Source: Parasitella parasitica NRRL 2501 (lineage: Eukaryota > Fungi > Mucoromycota). Taken from it: a stretch of 64,000 nt of DNA. Below the pieces are notes generated by a model, which was not told where the DNA came from, did no database searches, and saw nothing but the letters and a program-made list of their open reading frames with translations. Below, one piece after another: positions 26,183-37,365 of the stretch (within the stretch, counting starts at the first letter, position 1; each line of letters begins with the position of its first letter). Where the stretch lies: assembly GCA_025201805.1 (NCBI GenBank), contig MU619258.1:124001-188000 (forward strand). Reading direction: 5' to 3'. Position numbers and translations under genes: made by a program.

Positions 26183-27874
26183 TCTCTTATATTAAAATGA
26201 TAGAAATCGTAAAAAACAGTCCTCAGCGCTTAAAATTGAATCGTAAAAAACAGTCCTCAGCGCTTAAAGTTGAATCGTAAAAAACAGTCATATTTTTTCA
26301 TTCAATGCCATCTTTCATGCACCAAGTGTTACAGTTAAAAGATGGCCATACTGCTCACTCAAGATTTGGAATTTTTCTTATTAACTGCAATGATTCATCT
26401 GTGTGTTCTTTGAGACCAAGATCTCTTGGAAAAAGCCTTATTTATCTAGGATGAAGCATCGATGAACAGCCGTGATGTTCTCGAAACAGTAGACAGGACA
26501 TTTAAAGATGTCATGAAGCAATATTTAAATAGACGAAAGACAGGCAGATTTTCCCTTTGGAGGAAAATTTATTGTATTTGTTGGCAATTTTGGTCAAATT
26601 TTACCTATGGTTCCTCATGGCAGTAAAAAAGAAATCATTCAAGCATGCATTCTGACCTCAAATCTTTGGCTGCATGTACAAGTACTCAGCTTAACAACAA
26701 GCATGAGAGATTAGCAAGCCATGTCATTACATAACGCTGCATTGGCCACCTCATTACAAAATTTTTGCTGATTTCTTGCTTGCTATTGGCAATGGCTCCT
26801 TCCCTATTCAGCCCAACACAGCTGACTTGATTCGTATTCCGTAATANNNNNNNNNNNNNNNNNNNNNNNNNNNNNNNNNNNNNNNNNNNNNNNNNNNNNN
26901 NNNNNNNNNNNNNNNNNNNNNNNNNNNNNNNNNNNNNNNNNNNNNNNNNNNNNNNNNNNNNNNNNNNNNNNNNNNNNNNNNNNNNNNNNNNNNNNNNNNN
27001 NNNNNNNNNNNNNNNNNNNNNNNNNNNNNNNNNNNNNNNNNNNNNNNNNNNNNNNNNNNNNNNNNNNNNNNNNNNNNNNNNNNNNNNNNNNNNNNNNNNN
27101 NNNNNNNNNNNNNNNNNNNNNNNNNNNNNNNNNNNNNNNNNNNNNNTCTCAACTGTGGTAGTCTTCCACCTCACCAGCTCAAGTTGAAAATTGGCTCGCC
27201 AATCATGATGCTCAGAAACATCGATCCTGCTCATGGTGTTTACCGTATAATGGTACAAGGCTTATTTGTCGAGCATCCACAAGGAACACTATCCAGGCTG
27301 AAGTTGCAACTGGAACTTATCAACGCAATGTTGTGCTCATACCCAGAGTTACCTTTAAACTCGATAGTTGAGCAAGTCGTCGTAGAATTCAAGCGTTGTC
27401 AGTTCCCTGTCAGACCAGCTTTTGCCATGACGATAAATAAATCGCAAGGTCAAACTCTGGACTTTGTAGGGCTGTATATTCCTGTCTCAATTTTCTCGCA
27501 TGGCCAATTATATGTCGCTCTATCTCGAGTTAAAAGGCCAGATGACATCTCAATTATCATCAACCCCAAGCCAAGAAGGAGTATATGTACATCAAACGTT
27601 GTCTATACTGAGATTTTTCAAAATTAACCAACTTCGAGGATTTAAACAAAAAATACCAAATAATCATAATAAATCGTATCTTTATACAATACGTAAATGT
27701 TATTTCCACTCATTGTTTCTTATTTCGTTTGATTTAGCACTGTGTTAAGTGGGACAGCCCGCTGCAGGCGCGAGCTGTGTACCCCCCAATAAGAACGAAG
27801 GTCGGAAAATATCACCGTAGCGAAGCGAAGGTCGATTATTTTCACCGTAGTTCGGGGGGGTGTATAAAAGCTCG
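26183..27874 (+). mobile_element. Defective Helitron with PIF1-like helicase remnant (contains assembly gap)
   Basis: 5' end A|TCTCTTATATTAAAA. Broken helicase motifs GHTAHSRF, DEASM, FGGK..GNFGQILP, LKIGSPIMMLRNID, QFPVRPAFAMTINKSQGQTL and FSHGQLYVALSRV. Long 3' hairpin around GCGAAGC, then CTCG|T. No Rep domain seen. Confidence 0.88.
26205..26289. repeat. 34-bp tandem repeat (2.5 copies) inside the Helitron 5' end
   Basis: AATCGTAAAAAACAGTCCTCAGCGCTTAAA(A/G)TTG units start at 26205, 26239 and 26273. Confidence 0.95.
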
Positions 27875-28231
27875 TAGGAAATTAAATTTTAGCATTTAAA
27901 TTATATTGCAATCTGACATTGCATAAATATACTGTTCCGCAAATATGTACAGGCTAGGAAAATAAATAGCACCTTGAAAACATTGCTTGATGTATATAAT
28001 CTATTTTATTACAAACTGCACCGTTCCATCGAAAGCTACTCTGCTCAGTCGATACTAAAAACTCGTTTGTTTTTTTTTCTGAAGTAGTCTGCATTTTCAA
28101 CTACAAATGTTGCTATTTCGTCCATGTTTTACATTCTTGCAACCTGAATTAGCTATATAAATGACTGAGAACATCCTCCATTTTACGACATTCAAAGCAT
28201 CCGTTCTCTTATATCCAGTCTTTTTATACCA

Positions 28232-29010
28232 ATGAAGTTCCTTACTCTCTCTGCTGTTGTTGCCCTTGCTGCATGTGTTTCTGCCAAGCCCGCTGGTCAC
28301 GTCGAGTAAGTTGGCATTTTCTGTAGTTGGTAGATCAGCAATTTACTTTAAACATTTGCAGTTTGGCTAAGCGTGCTATCATTGCTACCCAAACTTTGGT
28401 CGTCGATGGCACTACTCAAGTTCATGTAATTGATGCTGTCGAGGCCACTGTTAATGAAATTACCACCGTTACCAAGACTGTTACTGAGACTGAGACTGAT
28501 GCCACCTATGTCTGTGAGTATTTGACAACAAAAAATATCCAAACATAATTTTAATAACTATGCTTGGTAGTCTCTTACTCTGGTGATGATTCTTCCATTA
28601 TCTCTAGACTCTCATCTGCCCTCTCTGACATTATCGTTGGCGAATCCTCCGGCGAAGAGTCTTCCAGTGAGGAGTCATCCAGCGAGGAATCCTCCAGCGA
28701 AGAGTCATCTAGTGAGGAATCATCTAGCGAGGAATCATCCAGTGAGGAATCTTCTAGCGAGGAATCTTCTAGCGAGGAATCATCCAGCGAGGAATCATCC
28801 AGTGAGGAATCTTCTAGCGAGGAATCTTCTAGCGAGGAATCTTCTAGCGAGGAATCATCCAGCGAGGAGTCATCCAGCGAGGAGTCATCTAGCGAAGAGT
28901 CATCTAGCGAGGAGTCTTCCAGCGAAGAAACTACCAGTGAAGAAACCACCAGCGAAGAAACTACTACCAGCGAAGAAACTACCAGCGAAGAGACCACCGC
29001 CGCCGCTTAA
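28232..29010 (+). CDS. Secreted Ser/Glu-rich repeat protein, copy 2 (SSGEE + 18x SSSEE + TTSEE repeats), 3 exons
   Basis: Signal peptide MKFLTLSAVVALAACVSA, LAKR site, the same intron positions and the same linker as copy 1. Confidence 0.88.
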
Positions 29011-29343
29011 GCTGCGCCTTAATTCTCCAGGTCTCATATTTAGAAAGCACTACACTTTACCAATAATTTATTATAGAATTAATAAAATAAATCGCCTCGA
29101 TTGTTTGTTTCTTGACTCTTTTAACAGTGAAATTGCTTGTCCTCGCTATTGCTGATGCCGCGAGAAATTGTCCGCCAAGTCTTCAAGCCAAGCTTCGTCC
29201 AACGATAGACCTTGATTAAGCTGCAAACAATTTGCTTGAATAGATTCAGCATCAAATACAAGGGGCTCACCAGTATAAGTGCCGGTTGTGTTTATTTGCG
29301 AATCAGGAATGCTTGCCAAAAGCGGAATCATTGGCTTTTCTGG

Positions 29344-29374
<31 letters not shown>

Positions 29375-29404
29375 CTCTTTGTTTTTTGAAATACACAACA
29401 AAAA

Positions 29405-31583
29405 ATGTTTCGTTTTGACTCTTTCAGAAAGTCGACTGCAGCAAGCGACAACGAGCAGGATCCTCTCTCAAGCTCACTGCCGACAGCCAATCTACTGCAG
29501 AGAATAAGTAGCTCTGATGCAGAAACACGCTCGCTGTTAAAACAAAGACCAGCTACCCTATCAAAAAGTGTCTCGACTTCATCATCTTCCAGTCCAAGCA
29601 GCAATAAATTGAACATGGCCTCCTTCTCTATACCTATGCCCGCCAATTCATGGGGCATGTTAGCTCTGTCTCGCCTACAAGATACCCAAGAAAGTGAGCT
29701 CGACGATATTGTTAATCTTTTGCTGAATAAAGATGAGGTAATATATATATGTATATATGTATATATAGAAAATAACAAAAAATCAACACTTTCTAATCTC
29801 CCAATGTTTGCCATAGGCCGTGCTGCTATTGCCAGTATCGACGCCATCGCATCCATCGGCATTGGTAGATCGTGAGTTCATTATGGACCACATTATCGTA
29901 TACAACGACGTCAACCAGGTTATCTCATTAAGAGGTGTTCGAGGCATGTTTCAAAAGGACCAACTTATAGCACTGGGGCTATTGCCATCAGACGGCGAGA
30001 TATCCAGGCTGGTAAACAACTCAACCTCCAAAAAAGCACTGTTTGATACATTCAACCTGGACCCTTCCTCGATTACACCAGACCACCCAAAATACAATAT
30101 CCTTGCCAGCCACGTTCGATTACCACTGCGCGATGACAAGCTGATCACGGTCATGCTGATACAAAAGCCATTGTCGAGGCAGGATATCGTTGAATGGACA
30201 GAAGCCAAAGCAAAGAATGTCAAGGACATTGGATCTCCATTGGCTGATGCGTGCAGTGCAAAGGTGGATCAATTCATTGAAAAGTATAAAAAGAACCCAC
30301 CAAGAACCCCTAATTCATCTAGTAGCCAGTTACTCGATTTTCTCGATGATTTAAGAGACACAACTATTCACGACGACGACACAGATAGACTCGACAACAT
30401 TGAGACTTACATTTGCACCCAGCTATACGACCAGTTTTTTACAAATTCAGAGGGCGACGAGGCAATGCAAGACGAGGCGCTTGAATCTCGAATTGCAGCG
30501 CTGAATCTGTTGGATTTGGACCTGCAACATTTAGGTGTAACAATCGAGAGCGAGCAGGACAATGAGCATTTGGCACAAATAGTCAAGGGTGCCGGCACAC
30601 AACTGCAGCAGCTAAACATCATCATGGGCGCAAAAGAAAAGCTGGAAGCACTCGTCAGAACGCATGAAATCATTGTCAACGCAATCGAGGAATTTGCAGA
30701 GAAGCACCGCCACGCAACTCGACTGGATTCGAGCGCTGAAGTGGTCCAGGAAATGAAACAAGCCATGTCCTCATTTGAAGAAGAAAAGCCGTTATCGTCG
30801 GTCAATGCTGATGTGCTTTTGCCCATATTGATATTCACCATAGTCAAGTCGAACCCGACGAATTTCGTATCGAATCTCAAATTCATACAAAGATACCGTA
30901 GGCCAGAGGTGCTGTCGTCGGGACAGACAAGCTACTGTTTGACAAACATGATGGCTGCAGTGTCGTTTCTGGAGACCACGAATCTGGTTGGGCTGGGTTT
31001 GTCTGCTGACAGAGTGTTCAGCCATGTCACTGATCTGAACGCTACAAAAGCGCCCAAACAGCCGCAGCAACCAAACGCCGGGTTGAAAATTGTAGCTGAT
31101 GTGGTGGACAGCTCTTACAAAGTTTTTGATGGCCTTGGTAAATTTTGGCAAAGAAACACCCAAGAGTTGGAGAACAAGACAGTGTCCGGTATTGTGGACC
31201 AAGTAAAAGACCGAGTGAGAAAGACGAGCAATGCTGCATTGCTAAAGAGCGAAATGAAGGAGTTGTCCGCCACGTCAACTTGTTCGTCGGTGTCGTCTTT
31301 ACCCAGTTTCATGGAAGATCGTACGAATAGTAGGACGAAAAAGGTAAACAGTGAGAAAACGGATGATCGATTATGTAATACAAACATCTCTTTTTTTTTT
31401 TTTTTTTNNNNNNNNNNNNNNNNNNNNNNNNNNNNNNNNNNNNNNNNNNNNNNNNNNNNNNNNNNNNNNNNNNNNNNNNNNNAGGCAAAGTCCGTAGATG
31501 AGCTCAAGATTGGCGAGATAACCGAGCTGCTAGCAGACTACAAAAGACTGGCAGCTATTATCAAACAGGCAAACCTTGCATAA
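29405..31583 (+). CDS. VPS9-domain Rab5-family guanine nucleotide exchange factor (gap near 3' end)
   Basis: NADVLLPILIFTIVKSNPTNFVSNLKFIQRYR...GQTSYCLTNMMAAVSFLE is the VPS9 core. Intron at ~29738-29816. Confidence 0.9.
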
Positions 31584-31775
31584 AATAAAATTAAAACGTA
31601 AATATGTTTCCACGGAAAAAGGTCGAGGCCCTTTTCTTTTTTTTTATTAGTCCCTCCCATATAAATAGGGAAAGGGGGGGGGGGAGGAGGACAAAAGAGG
31701 AGTGTAAGGGCGTTCATCTCTTTTTTTTTTTTTTTTTTTTTTTCCTCCTTCTCCTTCTCTTTGTTGATATTCAAT

Positions 31776-32983
31776 ATGAACTCGACACATGATGACCTGA
31801 CAGTTGTTGCACCCATCTTGAAGAGAATCCTAGATTGTGTCGTAAGCGGATCAATGGACACAGCAGATGCTGACAACCAAGATTCGTCTTTTGAACGCTC
31901 TCTGTGTGCTGCTTGGGATGTGTGCACAGTGCAAGGGTACGCTTTAGCTATCAAAGACCAGCAATTTCACAGGGTTTTACTAAAAGTAGGTATGCATAAA
32001 TCGCAGCATGCCAAAGCGACTCATGCCCAGTCCTAGGCCATCACTTCAACCTCAAGGCCTAGAACCAGAGAGTTGGCAATGGGCGCACTTGCAAACATGG
32101 CTTCCCACTGGGACTGTGGCATAGGTCCCTATTTATTGGACGATATGGATGTTTTGAAGCTATCCCGTTCAATACTCTGGAATGAAAATGATGCCAGAGT
32201 GCTGTTAGAAACTACTCGGTAAGTCAAAGCTGTGAAATCAGGAAGGAGACGCTTTTCAAACAGCCCCAATGCATAGCCTCTTGAACACGTTTCTATCATG
32301 CTCAATCGACACAAGTCACCAAACAGTGATTGAGCATGATAATTTGACAGAATTTCTAACGCCCATCTCTATGGCCCCGTCTATTTTTCATCAGTACACA
32401 CTCATCATATGCAACACGCTCCATCCAGAGCTTCTACTCAAGAGTCTAGAACTGATGACTCGCATTGTGGTCTATACTAACGCAATTACACACAGCATCA
32501 CTCGGCGAAGACAGAGATTAGTGGACGTTGACAAACACGACGACAACGACAACGAAAACGACAACGACGAACACCGATTTATGGATAAACCTGACACGTT
32601 AGCTCTCGTGAATTGGGGCGCTGAAAGATTAGAGGAGGAAGGCAGAGGTGTTGGAATAGGAATGGGATTTCACCGCGGAGTGGCCAAAAATGTCATGCAT
32701 TTACTATGGGCATTAATGGCTTACGGCATGGTCAGTGTTGCAGAATGTGGCAAGTATCAAATTGCACGGAATGAGGAGGCGTCTTTTTTACCCTAACCCT
32801 TCATCTTGTTTTATTAAAAAAAAAAAAAAAAAAAAAGGTCCCGAAATGACACATGGCTTGGAACAATCCATGTCAAGACTAGTGTCATATATACAAGAGG
32901 ATGATATGGACACGCGAGCCGAGGATGAAGACATACAAAATCTAGCACAAGCATTAAACACAAAGCTATCCATGGCCAGTTGA
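31776..32983 (+). CDS. SAAL1-like armadillo-type protein (4 exons; last intron GC-AG)
   Basis: ERSLCAAWDVC..., SRPRTRELAMGALANMA..., ENDARVLLETTR/LLNTFLS resemble recalled SAAL1 motifs (EICRVWDMS, PRLREICVGILGNMA, DPPTLLETSRLL). Confidence 0.7.
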
Positions 32984-33065
32984 CGATAATCTGTCGTTCC
33001 GACAATCGCAACAAGAACAAATCCCCAAAAATACGTAACTCTGCTACTCTGTATATATTGTCACT

Positions 33066-33353
33066 TTATTCTCTCGTATAAATAGACGCATTGTTGGATG
33101 CACATTGGAATCCTATATTGATTAAATAATTTCCTATTACTGATTGACCAAGACGCATATTAATGGCCTGCTTGGGAGAGTTGGAGTCTGCCGTTGAGAT
33201 CATCCCCATACCGTGATTGTCATCCTCAACCTTGAAACTGTTGATAGATGCGTTGTTTTTTATAAACTGATCGATCCGAAGATAGCAATCAGCAGTTGTC
33301 ATGTCATTTGGCGCAGATGGTGTTAATGGCTGAGAATTGCTCAAACTAGGCAT
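33066..33353 (-). CDS. Small hypothetical protein (95 aa)
   Basis: ATG in A-rich context (CAAAAAATG) with a TATAAA-like element ~70 nt upstream. Single-exon ORF MPSLSNSQPL...IYTRE; no family recognised. Confidence 0.55.
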   Translation of the reverse strand: MPSLSNSQPLTPSAPNDMTTADCYLRIDQFIKNNASINSFKVEDDNHGMGMISTADSNSPKQAINMRLGQSVIGNYLINIGFQCASNNASIYTRE

Positions 33354-33750
33354 TTTTTGTTGCGAATTACGGTATAAAAAAAAAAAAAAAAAAAAAAGTG
33401 CACTTTGTGGGCTGCGGTGAACATTTATAAAGAGCCTCGTCAATATCCATAATTAGTTACTCTACAAAAGTGTTTTGCGTAGCAGCATACGACTAGAATT
33501 CCACAAATAATGTAATTTGTCCAGTAAGTGGGAATGAGCCCTCTGTCCACTTTTTACATATCAACACGATGTATTTGTTTTGCATCCTACACACACATAA
33601 GCCTGGTAGCAGGTGTTGTAAGTCGGAGAAATCGCAAAAACTTTTTTAAAGATTATATATTACGCTGTAATTGGGTTTCAAGGAGAAAATTAAAAATATT
33701 GCTATGTGCACATGGTATGGGAGTGGGATAAAACAGAAAAAAAGAATGAA

Positions 33751-36700
33751 TCAAGCTAAACCGCGCAAAATCAATTGAGCCTTATCAGAGCGTTTGGCCA
33801 TAAAGAGGTGAGTGTTTTGACCTTCACCAGCCTCTTTCTGATCAAGACCATCATCGCTGCTGCCGCAATCTTGCTCGTCTTCTACATCCGAAAAGTCACA
33901 TGCAGAGTCAGCATCTCCAGGATGATGAGCAATGAAACGGCCAAGACGACTTAGGCGATCCACGATGGACTGGTTGTCACTGACGGCCTGTTGTAAGGAG
34001 GGAAATCGGACCATGCGGCGTAAGTGTAATGTGCTTTCGCGCACTTCTTCGTCGATCAAAATTTCTTTTTCTGCAGAAACTTCCAACTTCATGGCACTGA
34101 TCCAAGATTCAAGACCAATAAAAGACACCACAAATTCAGCTAATGCCATCACAGTGGACTCCAAGTCGCATTCATCTTCCATATTGAACTTGGTGTTCAA
34201 TTTGACCTTGCTTTGCAATTTGCGAATTGCAATACGTAGCACTTGGGCATTCTCCAATTCGACAAGGCCTTGTTTTTGCTTTTCAACGTCAGAGCTTTTG
34301 AGCAAAATAGCACCGACAATGACATGAATCATGATCTTTTTAGTCAGCTCATCCAATTGATTCAGAGCAGCCTTCTGGGCAATACTCGAAGCTTTGCAAG
34401 TCATAGAACGAGGCACACGCTGGATCAAAGTAGACAGCCATTTCTCGGCCTGCTCGACATTATTTTTCCACAATGCTTCAACAGTGGCTCCAACAGCAGC
34501 AAGCCAATGCGCCAATCGTTGTTGGTCATTTGCGGTGCTAGATGAAGCACCGTCTTGTTTGTTTTGAATGGATGTGGCGGGTTCGGTGAGCAGCATGATA
34601 TCATAGAAGGCAGTTTCGAGGCTTTCATCATACGCATCATCACAAGAAGCAATCGTGCCAATCAAACGGTCAAATTGGATGCGGAGGCCATCAAGCAAGT
34701 GAAGAGTTGCCAAAATAGCAACAGGGACGACGACAGGAGCAGTGTACGAAATGCTCAAGCGGGCATCTGCAGTCCAGCCACCAAGCATCGTTTGGCTCTG
34801 GATGATCTCCATGGTTTCAGACCAGGCACGAGTTTTACGCATGTCTTGAATAATGTCATGCTCTTCATAAGGGTCCACCCAGGCAAGAGACTCCATCCAC
34901 AAGTTACTTTCATCTACATCATTGCTTCCGTCGTTATCATCATCATTGTCAGCATCGTTGTACATTTTGGTATGGTTGACAGCATGCAACCAAAAGTAAC
35001 TGGATAGTTTCTCAGCAATGGATCGCTTAGGGATGATCAACGCCATTTGCACAGCTGCTGTTGCATAAGCACGAGTGTGGATTTGACCGACATGTCGGTG
35101 TGAACCTTCGTCAAAAGCATCGACTAAATTGATCATGCGCAAGCAAGAGTAAAGCATAGATATACGAGATGCGCCAAACGCACCTCCGATACACTTTGTT
35201 TCGTTTAGCTTGATCCATTTACAGACTTGGCCCCATTCTTCTTCAACCGTGCTATCTTCATTATCGCCGTACATGATGTCATATCCAAGGACATGGTGCG
35301 AAAAGATACGGGCAGATTCCTTCATGAGGGGTACAATGGTTGCCAAAGTGCTAGTTGGCACATCTTCGTCTCCAGCCAGTTGGCCGTAGCGAATAGATTT
35401 GTCAAGAATATCATAGATTTGTCTGCATTTGAGTTCACCAGGTGTCGCTGTATTGTTAATCACATCTCGGCGAGGATGAGCGGTCATGTGGCGCTTATAT
35501 TTATTGACCCGCTTCAGTTTGAAGGCGGATCCGACAAACATAGACTTGACGTAAGGGAAAAATAGTTGAAAGATGCATGCGAAAAAGACAAGTGTGTGTA
35601 AGGAGGACCTATTTACAGGGCGTGGTTAGTGGGTGGTAATTACACAGCCATACTACTAATTCGTACCATGTAGTGTCAAATTTAAGCATGTTGCCGAGGA
35701 ACGATTCAGGAGCGTTTGTGTTGCCAAAACTTTGAGAGACTGTGGTTGTGTCACTGCCAGCAACGTTCGCTCTGGAAGTGTGGTGGTGATTTTGATACTG
35801 CTCAGAAGAGCTTGGACCCGTCGTCAAAGGCGACGTGGAAAAGAAAGTGATGCACATGAACAGAGCCATAAAGACTCTGTTTGTCATTGCCGGCGGAGTG
35901 ACAGGATCATTTGAGCCAGGCGAGCTGGAAGAAGATTCGTATTCATCAAAGGCTTCGAGCTGCTGCTGCTTTTGTTGCTGCCGAGCATTGTTGTGTCTGG
36001 CTCTCTTTCTATTGGCAGCTTTACGTTGTTGGTCTTGTTGCTTTTGAACTTGACGTTCAATCAACAGCTGCTGTTGAATTTCTCTCTCTCTTTGTCGTTT
36101 TTGTACATGATAGCGTTGCAAGATGTCTTGGCCTCCGGGAAGTTGGGTCAAGATGTGCTGCAGCGCTTGGTTTTCTCGACGAACGTCATCGCCTTGCTTT
36201 TTCAAGTGGTTAATGTATTCGGTTGCCTTCTTGAGAATGGTGGCTTTGTTCAATTTGGTTGCAACTGCCACCCCGTCGAGAAACTCTTCGCCGTCTTCGC
36301 CCTCCTCTTCATCGTCTTCGGCCGCATTTTTTCGCTTGGCGCCAGTGTCTGTTCCTGTGGTACGGCTGTCTTTGACCTTGGCATACAAAAGGGCGGGAAC
36401 AGCGTTCTTTAACTCGGCAATGCGATCGTTGATATTGTTGCGATAGCGCCGTTCAATGGCATTATGAGCAGTCTTTTTGTGCTGACGGCCGACAGGAGGT
36501 TGTGTGTTGTTCAGCGCAGCATTCACGGCATTGTTGATGATACTATTGGACTTTAAACGTTGAATGGGAACTTTTGCTAAATCAAAAACAATTGGTCAGA
36601 ATTAATTTTTTTTTTTTTTTTTCACATTGGTTTTAGATTTCGCACTGTACCCTGAGAAGAGTCTAATGGCGCATTGATTGAAGGTGAAGCCCAGCTCATG

Positions 36701-36851
36701 AAATCAATAGCAGGTGTGGTGAGGTTGGGATTATTTGGAGATTCTTTACTCTCAGTCGCTGGAGAGACATTTTGAAACACTGGCATATCCGTTGCTGTTG
36801 TTGGTGATGTTGAGGAGTAAGTAATAGCAGGAGTGGCAGTGGTGGAAGCAG

Positions 36852-36893
<42 letters not shown>

Positions 36894-37365
36894 TTTGCTG
36901 TTGCTGTTGCTGGTTTAAGGGAGGAGAGTATGGCAAGGACTCCGGACTAGCGTATTCTTGCTTTATGCTAGAGTTGTTGGCATCCCATTGCGGAGGGTTG
37001 TCATATGCTGGTGCTTTGGCACAAGGGATTTGATTAGATGATTGCGGAGGTATTAGTCCGGATAACGACTCGTAAAGCAGCGAAGGGCCCTGCTGCTGAT
37101 AGCTGTTTGCAGTGATGGCATCGCTGTGATGGAATATAGGTTCGGCTTGCTGGTTTCTTGAAGTGTTATTCAAGAACAACTGGCTGTCCATTGGCAGATA
37201 CTTATCAAAGTCTTGCCAAGAATCCTGCTGAAGGAGGGCGGCTTGAGCTTGTTGCTGCAATTCTAAATCAAACTGGGATAAGGAAAAGTAATTGGATGGA
37301 TCATCCTCCATCAGACTGTTAGGATCAGCAAATAAGTCTACTGCAAGTGGTGGGAATGCTTCCAT
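33751..37365 (-). CDS. Sterol regulatory element-binding protein (SREBP/Sre1/SrbA-like bHLH-ZIP transcription factor)
   Basis: bHLH KKTAHNAIERRYRNNINDRIAEL with the SREBP-diagnostic Tyr; KLNKATILKKATEYI; TM segment RVFMALFMCITFF; long C-terminal regulatory region; 2 introns. Confidence 0.9.

Noticed and set aside
26205-26289. 34-bp repeats of CRISPR-like length
   Set aside because: Head-to-tail with no spacers, eukaryotic context, and inside the Helitron end.
25620-29155. Alternative-frame and antisense ORFs over the SSSEE arrays (ARNHP, DDSSL repeats)
   Set aside because: Shadows of a stop-free 15-nt repeat. Variation is synonymous only in the SSSEE frame, which also links to the signal-peptide exons.
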